A stretch of 64,000 nt of DNA, taken from contig JBBKWJ010000286.1 of the NCBI GenBank assembly GCA_037968895.1, positions 9,260 to 73,259 of the forward strand. Direction: 5' to 3'. A program made the translations under genes and the position numbers. Positions 7,017 to 14,571 of the stretch are shown here, one piece after another. The stretch comes from Acidimicrobiales bacterium. GTDB lineage: Bacteria; Actinomycetota; Acidimicrobiia; Acidimicrobiales; SZUA-35. Below the pieces are notes generated by a model that had not been told where the DNA came from, did not search any database, and saw only the letters and a program-made list of their open reading frames with translations. The first letter of the stretch is position 1, and every line of letters starts with the position of its first letter.

Positions 7017-8719
7017 GGGGTGAAATCGGTCCCCGGAGAGTTGAGATTCATGTTCCAGATCTGGTCGACCAACTGGGGACCATAGGCAATCACCAGCAGC
7101 AGGGCGGCTGCGATGAGCCATGGTTTGAAGCGGTCAAGCCACAATGGAGTGAGCTGGGGCGACCTCATCGACTCTGCGATCGGAACCGTTGGCACCAATG
7201 CCGGATCGATCTTTGGTCCAAGTGCGGTACGAAGCATGATGTAGCCGAAGGTGTAGACCGAGTAGAAGAGAATCGTGCCGCCAATCGAGACCCGCAACAG
7301 GTGACCACTCCACTCCTCAGGAACGTATGGAGCTGAACCGAGTGGAGTCCGGCGTGGTGCTCCAAGGAGTCCGACAACGTGCATCGCGTTAGAGAAGATG
7401 ATCATGCCGACGAACCAAGTCCACGCCTGCACGAGCGCCAATTTTGGCTTGTAGAGCGCTTTGCCGGTGATGTAGGGAACCATCCAGTACGAGATTCCCA
7501 TGAACGACAGGGTGACTGCGGTTGCCACTGTGAGGTGGAAGTGGCCAGGCACCCACGCCGTGTTGTGGATCACAAGGTTGAGGCTGTATGACGCGTTGGT
7601 CAGGCCGCCAATGCCACCAAAGACAAATAGGAGCGCGGCGAGCAACTGGGCGGTGACCGACGGATCTTTCCATGGCAATGCCCGAATCCAGCCGACCAGA
7701 CCGGTGCCCCCGTTGCGGCGAGCGCCGTATTCAAGCGAAGCGATGACGGTGAAGGCAGTGATCATCGATGGGAAGAAGACCGAGTAGGTAAGCATGGCGT
7801 GGATGAACTTCCACGTCTGCGGCACACCAGGATCGGTGAACTGGTGGTGGAACCCGACTGGCACCGAGACAATCAGGAACATCCAGAACGAAAGTCGAGC
7901 CAGCGAATCGCTGAAGAGTTTTCCACCAACCTGCTTCGGGAGCATCGCATACCACGAGGTGTACGCCGGCAGCAGCCAGAAGTACACCAACGGGTGGCCG
8001 GTCCACCAGAAATAAGTGCGAGCCAGCTCAGGGTCGGTGCCATCAATGAGCCCGACCGACCATGGCAGCAGCATCGTGAGAATTTCGACCGCAATCCCAA
8101 GAGTTGCGATCTGCCACATTGCCATGTTGATGATTGGCGCTAGCGCGACGAGCGGCGAACGAACGCCGGGGTTGTCTTTGCGCCACGCATGGAGCGTGAA
8201 GTAGAAGCCGTAGCCCTCGATCCAACTGCCGACGACAACGAGGGTCAGGCCGAGGTAAAAGGCCCAGCTCGCCTTGAGTGGCGGATAGAAGGTGTAGAGG
8301 ACCGTCGCCTTGTTGAACAGAATCGGAATGGCAGCCATCACCAAGCCGACGATCATCGTGTAGAAGCCGAACTTGTTTAGCTTTGGTTTCGCAAGTGGGC
8401 GACCAAGCGCCTTGATCGTCGTCAGGGTGGTGAAACCAGTGATGAAGATGGTCGTGAAGACAAGGGCGTTCAGCACGCCATGAAGCGTGAGTCCCTGGTA
8501 ATACGACTTGATGACCGGTTCAAGGTATGGGTAGAGGTCAAGGCCCCCGAACTCGAGAGACTGCAGCGGGCCGAAGAAGCTACCAACCATCAGTGCGGCG
8601 AACGCCACGATGAGGTGCTGGCCGACGAACTTCTTTTCATCTGGGGTGAGGTCACGGCCACTGTCTATGCGACGGGTACCGACAGAGCCTCCCTCGATTG
8701 GTTCCTCAGTCAACGTCAT
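7010..8719 (-). CDS. cbaA: Haem-copper oxidase subunit I, B-family (ba3-type)
   Basis: 569-aa ORF. Long stretches match my memory of Thermus ba3 subunit I (YYQGLTLHGVLNA, ATVLYTFYPPLKA.WAFYLG, FWWTGHPLVYFWLLPAY, VGFHHQF.DPG, HNTAWVPGHFHL). ATGA overlap with the cbaB stop at 8716-8719. Confidence 0.93.
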   Translation of the reverse strand: MTLTEEPIEGGSVGTRRIDSGRDLTPDEKKFVGQHLIVAFAALMVGSFFGPLQSLEFGGLDLYPYLEPVIKSYYQGLTLHGVLNALVFTTIFITGFTTLTTIKALGRPLAKPKLNKFGFYTMIVGLVMAAIPILFNKATVLYTFYPPLKASWAFYLGLTLVVVGSWIEGYGFYFTLHAWRKDNPGVRSPLVALAPIINMAMWQIATLGIAVEILTMLLPWSVGLIDGTDPELARTYFWWTGHPLVYFWLLPAYTSWYAMLPKQVGGKLFSDSLARLSFWMFLIVSVPVGFHHQFTDPGVPQTWKFIHAMLTYSVFFPSMITAFTVIASLEYGARRNGGTGLVGWIRALPWKDPSVTAQLLAALLFVFGGIGGLTNASYSLNLVIHNTAWVPGHFHLTVATAVTLSFMGISYWMVPYITGKALYKPKLALVQAWTWFVGMIIFSNAMHVVGLLGAPRRTPLGSAPYVPEEWSGHLLRVSIGGTILFYSVYTFGYIMLRTALGPKIDPALVPTVPIAESMRSPQLTPLWLDRFKPWLIAAALLLVIAYGPQLVDQIWNMNLNSPGTDFTPW

Positions 8720-9300
8720 TCGTCAGCTCCATCGTCTGTCTTGTCGTCGTCGGTTGGCGCGGCGGCTTCGTCGGAACTTTGGGGCACGACATTGACCGTG
8801 CCGAACATGCTTGCGTGTCCTGAACCGCAGTATTCGTGGCAGATATAGGGGAACTCGCCAACCGTGTCGAAGGTGTAGTCAAGCTTTGACACCTGGCCAG
8901 GTATGACCATGAAGTTGACGTTGGTGTCGGTGATTTTGAAGCCGTGCTGGAGATCGACGCTTGTGACGTAGATCGTCACCTTTGAGCCGACAGGAATCTC
9001 GAGCTCACGCGGGCTGAATGTCCAGGCCGAGGCAACGACATAGGCCTCGTACACACCATCGGATATCTCCCTGAGGCCGGGAGTAGCCCAGGGCTCCGAG
9101 TCAGTGACGTTTCGAGGATCAACCTCGCTCTCGGCCCCATTGACTTGGATACCCATGGCGAAGCCAGCCACGACAACGACGGCGAAGAAACCAACGAGGA
9201 GGGCAACTGAAAGCCGCATCCAGTTGCGCTCATAAGGATCGATCCCCATGGTGAGACGCTTGTCGGTCGCAAACTCTTCAGTCTCGTTGGCTCCCGTCAC
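8716..9300 (-). CDS. cbaB: ba3-type cytochrome c oxidase subunit II (CuA)
   Basis: One N-terminal TM helix and a cupredoxin domain with the CuA motif CHEYCGSGHASM. The start is set at GTG 9300, forming a GTGA overlap with the stop of the small upstream ORF. The track start TTG 9345 lies inside that ORF. Confidence 0.88.
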   Translation of the reverse strand: MTGANETEEFATDKRLTMGIDPYERNWMRLSVALLVGFFAVVVVAGFAMGIQVNGAESEVDPRNVTDSEPWATPGLREISDGVYEAYVVASAWTFSPRELEIPVGSKVTIYVTSVDLQHGFKITDTNVNFMVIPGQVSKLDYTFDTVGEFPYICHEYCGSGHASMFGTVNVVPQSSDEAAAPTDDDKTDDGADE

Positions 9301-9452
9301 GTGGTGACGCCTCTGCTGAGCAAGATCGCATAGACCGAGAACCAAAGAAGGATGAGTATCACGACGAAGATTGCAAGCAAGAAGAGCGTGCCCGTTGGCT
9401 TGAAATGCTCTTCGTTTGATGCTTCGTCAAGGTCAGCGTCTGGACTGCTCAC
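9297..9452 (-). CDS. cbaD: ba3 oxidase subunit IIa-like single-TM peptide (51 aa, absent from ORF track)
   Basis: Hand translation: VSSPDADLDEASNEEHFKPTGTLFLLAIFVVILILLWFSVYAILLSRGVTT*. The KP.G.L...W..VYA....RG pattern matches Thermus subunit IIa as I recall it. An SD-like GGGGAGAA lies 7 nt upstream of GTG 9452. Its stop overlaps the cbaB start. Confidence 0.7.
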   Translation of the reverse strand: MSSPDADLDEASNEEHFKPTGTLFLLAIFVVILILLWFSVYAILLSRGVTT

Positions 9453-9593
9453 GCGCTTGTTCTCCCCGGTTGATTACGACCTAGGCATGCTCGCAAGCGC
9501 ACACGACGTCAAATAGGGACCAAGTGCTCTAAATCCGGCGCGCCCCTGCTCCTAGGTTCGTTCAAGACACTTACGCCGGACTGAGGAGTGGCA

Positions 9594-10406
9594 ATGAACC
9601 GAGCCCATCGGGTTCTGGCAATACGGAGAGCGCTCATCCTTCTTCTTGGTTTGGCGCTCGTTTTCGTTGTTGCCACACCGAGCTCAGCCCAGACAGACGA
9701 GCCAGCCAGCGCAGCGGAGGGCGAAGAAGCTGCCGATCCCGAAGACGAAGCTCAGAATCAAAAGCTAAGAGATGGCGAAGAGGTCTACGCCGCCGTGTGC
9801 CAGTCGTGCCACCAGCCGGGCGGCGTTGGCCTCAGCGGTCAATTCCCCGCCCTAAAGGGAAATCCGAATGCGACTGATGCTGCCTATGTTGAAGATGTCG
9901 TCACCAACGGCAAGTCCGGCGAGATAACTGTCAACGGCGAAACCTTCAATGGCGTGATGCCGCCGTTCTCGACACTTTCAGACGACGACATCGCCAGCGT
10001 CGTTGCCTATGTCACTAACGATCTCGTGGCGCCCGCAGCAGTAGGAGCCGTCGTCGGCCCTACCGGTCCGGTCGCTGGCACCGAACTCCCTGGGTTCGCC
10101 AACACCACTTATTACATCGCATTCGCGATGGCGGCCTTTGTCGCACTCCTTGTTCTTGGCCCGCGCCTTGCTTCGCAGAACGACCGCCTCGACACCCCCT
10201 GGTTCGATGTCGGCCTCAAGACCACAACCATCGTCCTCGGGTTTGTTATCGGAACCGTCTTCATCCCTAACTGGGCGATGCAGTCCAGCACCGTTAGCAA
10301 ACTCGACCGACCGATCCAGGATCTCATCGGCTCTGGCCTGTGGATCGGGGGCCTTGGCATCGGCCTCTGGACCCTCTGGTACACCCACCGAGAGTCGAGG
10401 ATCTAA
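9594..10406 (+). CDS. Membrane-tethered class I cytochrome c (signal peptide, CQSCH, three C-terminal TM helices)
   Basis: GAGGAG at 9583-9588 sits 5 nt before ATG 9594. Signal-like LILLLGLALVFVVATPSSAQT. Haem motif CQSCH with a distal GVMPPF. The C-terminal third is hydrophobic (three predicted helices). Confidence 0.85.
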   Translation: MNRAHRVLAIRRALILLLGLALVFVVATPSSAQTDEPASAAEGEEAADPEDEAQNQKLRDGEEVYAAVCQSCHQPGGVGLSGQFPALKGNPNATDAAYVEDVVTNGKSGEITVNGETFNGVMPPFSTLSDDDIASVVAYVTNDLVAPAAVGAVVGPTGPVAGTELPGFANTTYYIAFAMAAFVALLVLGPRLASQNDRLDTPWFDVGLKTTTIVLGFVIGTVFIPNWAMQSSTVSKLDRPIQDLIGSGLWIGGLGIGLWTLWYTHRESRI

Positions 10407-12220
10407 TGGCAGACAACGCCGGGCTGGAGTTCTACGACCAAAACATCCCGTGCCTCGCGGCGTGCCCCGTGCACACAAACGCTGGCATGTACGTTGCGGC
10501 CATTGCTGACGGCGACGACGAGCAGGCCTATCTCACCGCCCGAATGCCGAATCCTTTCGCCTCCGTGTGTGGCCGGGTGTGCGCCGCTCCATGCGAAGAC
10601 GCGTGCCGGCGGGGCGAGATCGATCGCCCTATCGCAATCAGGGCGCTAAAGCGTTTCGTCACCGAGCAGTTTGGCCCTGAGTCAGGCAATGTCGAAGAAG
10701 GCAGCGCTGTTTGGAACAAAGTGGTCGCCCCGCCAGCTCACGAGCGCCCGGAAAGCATTGGCATTGTCGGTGGCGGCCCCGCCGGTATGGCGTGCGCGCA
10801 CGACCTCCGCCGCTGGGGTTACCAAGTCACGGTGTATGAGGCAACCGACAAGCTTGGCGGCGCTATGTGGCTCGGCATTCCCGAGTATCGCCTCGATCGC
10901 GGAGTTCTTGCTGGCGACATCGACGCCATAGTCAACCTTGGTGTCGAGGTGCAGTACAACACCAGACTCGGCCGGGACGTCACGCTCGACGAGCTACGCG
11001 AACGCCACGACGCAGTCTTCCTCGGTATCGGCGCAACCCTCGGCCGTGGCCTCGATGTCGAAGGCCACGACGCCGATGGCGTGTTTAAGGCAATTGAGTT
11101 CCTGATCAACATGAACCGGGGCTTTGAAGTCAATATTGGCGAGCGGGTCATTGTGATTGGTGGCGGCGACGTCGCCATGGACGCAGCCCGAACCGCACTT
11201 CGGGCCGACGACTATTCCGACAAGCGTGACGAGGATGGCCCACACCCTGCCGCTCTCGATGAGCGTTCGCCGATGACAGAAGCATTCGACGTTGCTCGCA
11301 CCGCAGCTCGGTCAGGAGCACGGCACGTCACGATCATGTCGCTCGAAGATCGCGAAGAGATGCCAGCCCACGACTTCGAGGTTGAGGAAGCCGAACACGA
11401 AGGCATTGACTTCCTCCCCCGCCGTGGTCCGAAGTCGATCAAGGTGAAAGACGGCAAGGTCGTTGGTCTTGAAACCATTGGCGTCCGCTCCGTCTTCGAC
11501 GCTGACGGCAAGTTCAGCCCCGACTTCGACACCGACGATGTGCAGGTCACCGAGGCCGACACCATCATTCTCGCGATCGGTCAGGCGATCGATCTCGATT
11601 CGCTCGGCAATGACGGACCCGAGATCAGTCCTCGCCGCACCATCCAGATCGACTGGGTAACCGGCGAGACCTCGATGCCAGGCATCTGGTCAGGTGGCGA
11701 TGCGGCAAAAGGGCCTCGCACTCTGATCGACGCCATCGCAGACGGTCGACGTTCGGCCGAGTCAATCCACCGCTCCTTTGGTGGCGAAGTTGAAGCCGAC
11801 AAGCCAGGCAAGATGGTGCAACTCCAGCAGTTCCACCGCCTCGATGACACCTACGACCGAGTCAATCGCCTCGACGTGCCAACACTCGATACTGGCCGCC
11901 GCATGGGCTTGGCCGAGGTTGAGCTTGGCTTCACTCCCGAGCAGGCACGATGCGAGGCAAATCGCTGCCTTCGCTGCTTTGCCAACATTCTGCTCGAGAC
12001 CGAAAAGTGCGTGTTGTGCGCCCTCTGTGCCGACGTCTGCCCCGTAGACGTCATTTCGCTGGTCCCTTCAGAAGAGATTGATCCTGAGGTTCATGGCGGC
12101 ACGGCCCTGCTCCTCGACGAGACCGCCTGCATCCGTTGCGGACTCTGTATTGAACGATGCCCACCTGATGCGCTGTCGATGGGAATGTGGACAGGAGTTG
12201 GTGTTCCGAAATGGACGTAG
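10406..12220 (+). CDS. GltD-like NAD(P)H-dependent flavo-iron-sulfur oxidoreductase with C-terminal 2x[4Fe-4S] ferredoxin domain
   Basis: ATG 10406 overlaps the upstream TAA (TAATG). Cys-rich N-terminus typical of the glutamate synthase small subunit (CLAACPVHTN...CGRVCAAPCEDAC). Dinucleotide folds IVGGGPAGMACA and VIGGGDVAMDAA. C-terminal CVLCALCADVCP and CIRCGLCIERCP. No TM helix. Confidence 0.85.
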   Translation: MADNAGLEFYDQNIPCLAACPVHTNAGMYVAAIADGDDEQAYLTARMPNPFASVCGRVCAAPCEDACRRGEIDRPIAIRALKRFVTEQFGPESGNVEEGSAVWNKVVAPPAHERPESIGIVGGGPAGMACAHDLRRWGYQVTVYEATDKLGGAMWLGIPEYRLDRGVLAGDIDAIVNLGVEVQYNTRLGRDVTLDELRERHDAVFLGIGATLGRGLDVEGHDADGVFKAIEFLINMNRGFEVNIGERVIVIGGGDVAMDAARTALRADDYSDKRDEDGPHPAALDERSPMTEAFDVARTAARSGARHVTIMSLEDREEMPAHDFEVEEAEHEGIDFLPRRGPKSIKVKDGKVVGLETIGVRSVFDADGKFSPDFDTDDVQVTEADTIILAIGQAIDLDSLGNDGPEISPRRTIQIDWVTGETSMPGIWSGGDAAKGPRTLIDAIADGRRSAESIHRSFGGEVEADKPGKMVQLQQFHRLDDTYDRVNRLDVPTLDTGRRMGLAEVELGFTPEQARCEANRCLRCFANILLETEKCVLCALCADVCPVDVISLVPSEEIDPEVHGGTALLLDETACIRCGLCIERCPPDALSMGMWTGVGVPKWT

Positions 12221-12966
12221 TCAATAAGGAAAGCGGAGACCTGTTTGATCGGCTGCGCGAAACTCGCGTTGGCCGTTCGATCTGGCGAACTCCGCGAAAG
12301 ATCACGCCACGCGATCGAGCGGCTGGCCACTGGTCGAGCTTCGCCCTCCACATCTACCCAGTCAAGGTTCGCAAAGCCGAGCTCGGATTCAAGTATTCCT
12401 GGTACTTGGGCGTCATCTCGACCGTGCTGTTTGCCTCGCTCGTCTTCTCGGGCATCGTCCTGATGTTCTTCTACGTCCCGTCACCCGGTTCGGCATACAC
12501 CAACATCCAGACACTGCAGACCGAGGTCGCATTCGGCCAATACCTTCGCAACGTCCACCGCTGGTCAGCCCATCTCATGGTGCTGGCGGTGGCGATGCAC
12601 ATGGCCAAGGTCTTCTATCGAGGTGCCTACAAGGCGCCTCGCGAGTTCAACTGGGTTATCGGTGTTGTGCTCCTCGTCATGACGCTGTTTATGTCGTTCA
12701 CTGGCTACCTCCTCCCCTGGGATCAGCTCGCCTACTGGGCCGTCACCGTCGGTACCGAAATGGCAGCGTATGTGCCATTTGCTGGAGCGAAGACCCAAAC
12801 CATGCTGCTCGGCGGACCAGCCGTCGGGTCAGCAACCCTGCTCCGTTTCTATGTTCTGCATGTCGCCGTGCTTCCACTCATGATGGTGATGGCCCTCACC
12901 ATTCACCTGTGGCGCTGGCGCAAGGACTCAATGCTCGATCTCGACCGTGGAGAGCCCAATGACTGA
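12211..12966 (+). CDS. Cytochrome b6-like (split cytochrome b, N-terminal di-haem half)
   Basis: ATG 12211 overlaps the upstream gene by 10 nt. Helix-B His pair in HRWSAHLMVLAVAMH (14 apart). Helix-D pair in LHVAVLPLMMVMALTIH (15 apart, the b6-type spacing). Also contains PREFNW and GYLLPWDQ. Confidence 0.9.
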   Translation: MDVVNKESGDLFDRLRETRVGRSIWRTPRKITPRDRAAGHWSSFALHIYPVKVRKAELGFKYSWYLGVISTVLFASLVFSGIVLMFFYVPSPGSAYTNIQTLQTEVAFGQYLRNVHRWSAHLMVLAVAMHMAKVFYRGAYKAPREFNWVIGVVLLVMTLFMSFTGYLLPWDQLAYWAVTVGTEMAAYVPFAGAKTQTMLLGGPAVGSATLLRFYVLHVAVLPLMMVMALTIHLWRWRKDSMLDLDRGEPND

Positions 12967-13540
12967 GAAGACCGAGTCAAAGGACACCGAGACCAAGGTG
13001 ACTCTTGGGCTAAAGCCAGCCACGACGAGTAGCCCGACCGTGCTCGAAGGGCGTCGAGTCCTCGGCATGGTGCCGGGCAAGCCAGTCGCTGGTGTGCGCA
13101 AAGATCCAGCGGAGGATGACAACGTCCTCGTCTATCCCCACCTGCTCGTCCGCCACGCCGTAGCAGCGCTCGTCACGCTCCTGACCGTGATGGTCATCGC
13201 GGTTCTGTTCGATGCGCCACTTCGAGCGATCGCCAACCCGACAGTCACTCCAAACCCAGAGAAGGCGCCCTGGTACTTCGCAGCTCTGCAGGAACTACTT
13301 GCGCACTTCCATCCACTCGTTGCCGGCGTGCTCATTCCCGGCGCAATCATCATTGGCTTGGTCGCGCTTCCTTACATCGACCGCAGCCTGTACATACGGG
13401 CGTCACACCGTCGAGTTGCGGTATCGACCTTCACAACCTTCATGGTGATCTGGATCATCCTGACGATTATCGGCTTCGCCTTCCGCGGTCCCAACTGGGG
13501 CTGGGTATGGCCTTGGCAAGAATGGCACGGTGAACTATGA
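12947..13540 (+). CDS. Cytochrome b C-terminal half / b6f subunit IV-like
   Basis: 197-aa ORF starting at GTG 12947 or ATG 12959, both overlapping the upstream stop at 12964-12966. It carries a Qo-loop-like PEKAPWYFAALQELL followed by three hydrophobic helices. Confidence 0.8.
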   Translation: MESPMTEKTESKDTETKVTLGLKPATTSSPTVLEGRRVLGMVPGKPVAGVRKDPAEDDNVLVYPHLLVRHAVAALVTLLTVMVIAVLFDAPLRAIANPTVTPNPEKAPWYFAALQELLAHFHPLVAGVLIPGAIIIGLVALPYIDRSLYIRASHRRVAVSTFTTFMVIWIILTIIGFAFRGPNWGWVWPWQEWHGEL

Positions 13541-14043
13541 GTGAGACTCTCAAGCGACGCCAGTTCGTATCCCGTATCTGGATGGCCGGTGCTGGCCTCA
13601 TTGGTGCCGCTGGTGCGTGGACCGGATGGGAACTCCTTCAACCACTCGCAACCACCGGATTCGGTGGCAAGGTCCGAGCGCTACTGCCTGATGCTGTCCC
13701 CGAGGGTGGTGTCATTGAGGTCCCGGCCGCTCGTGCGTACCTCGCACGAATCAACGGTGAGATCGTTGCGATCTCAGAGAAGTGCACTCATCTTGGTTGC
13801 CGCGTCCCTTACTGCGACTCATCGGGCCAGTTCGAGTGCCCATGCCACGGGTCAAACTTCAATCGGGCCGGCGACTATCGATCGGGACCAGCACCACGAG
13901 GGCTCGACTACTACCCGACCGAGGTCGGCGATGACGGCATGATCTACATCGACACCGGAGTCAAGATCGACGGAGCTGCGCCCGGTGGCGAGCAGATCGA
14001 CGAACCACAAACCGGGCCCATGTGCGCCGGAGGTGGACACTGA
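13537..14043 (+). CDS. Rieske [2Fe-2S] protein with twin-arginine leader
   Basis: ATGA overlap at 13537-13540. Tat-like KRRQFVSRIWMAGAGLIGAAGAW. Rieske boxes CTHLGC and CPCHGS. Confidence 0.92.
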   Translation: MSETLKRRQFVSRIWMAGAGLIGAAGAWTGWELLQPLATTGFGGKVRALLPDAVPEGGVIEVPAARAYLARINGEIVAISEKCTHLGCRVPYCDSSGQFECPCHGSNFNRAGDYRSGPAPRGLDYYPTEVGDDGMIYIDTGVKIDGAAPGGEQIDEPQTGPMCAGGGH

Positions 14044-14540
14044 TGCAATACGGAGGAGAAGACGAGGAACTCGAAGCCTCGACAACCAAAGTGATGACTA
14101 TCGGCGCGGTCCTACTCGTGTCCTTCGCTCTCATCTTTCCGCTCTACCGCTTCTTCGAGCCAAGCAACCGTGACGCGTCTCGTGAGACGCACTTGCAATC
14201 GCTAGCGGCCGAAGGCGAGAACACCTGGGGCTTCAACTGCGCCTCATGTCACGGGCTTTCTGGCCAAGGCGGCACGGCACCGGCGCTGAACTCGAAAGAG
14301 TTCTTGCAAGCAGCCACCGATCTACAGATCGAGCAGTTCGTGTCAGTCGGATTGCCAGGCACCCAGATGTCAGCCTTCTCGCAAGACTTTGCCGGGCCGC
14401 TCACCAGCGCCCAGATCAAAGCGGTCACGACCTATATTCGGTCGTGGGAGCCAGACGCTCCGTCGAACCCCGATTGGCGCCTCGGCGCTCCCGTTGAAGC
14501 CGCCGCAGGCGACACGACCGGGACAACAGTCGAGGAATAG
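14043..14540 (+). CDS. TM-anchored class I cytochrome c
   Basis: ATG 14043 overlaps the Rieske TGA (TGATG). N-terminal anchor VMTIGAVLLVSFALIFPLY. Haem motif CASCH, and GTQMSAF as a probable Met ligand region. Confidence 0.85.
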   Translation: MQYGGEDEELEASTTKVMTIGAVLLVSFALIFPLYRFFEPSNRDASRETHLQSLAAEGENTWGFNCASCHGLSGQGGTAPALNSKEFLQAATDLQIEQFVSVGLPGTQMSAFSQDFAGPLTSAQIKAVTTYIRSWEPDAPSNPDWRLGAPVEAAAGDTTGTTVEE

Positions 14541-14571
14541 TCCGAACCGCGGGTGTGATATACCTCTGAGG

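Noticed and set aside
7017-7121. Track start (7121) of the 783-aa fusion ORF.
   Set aside because: It would overlap the cbaA coding end by 112 nt. GTG 7016 gives the usual short coupling overlap and still precedes the first cytochrome b helix.
14389-14571. 5' extension of the RdhA-like ORF.
   Set aside because: It overlaps the cytochrome c gene (to 14540) in another frame and translates to an Arg/Pro/Ser-rich string. I also looked there for a Tat signal and found none that was convincing.
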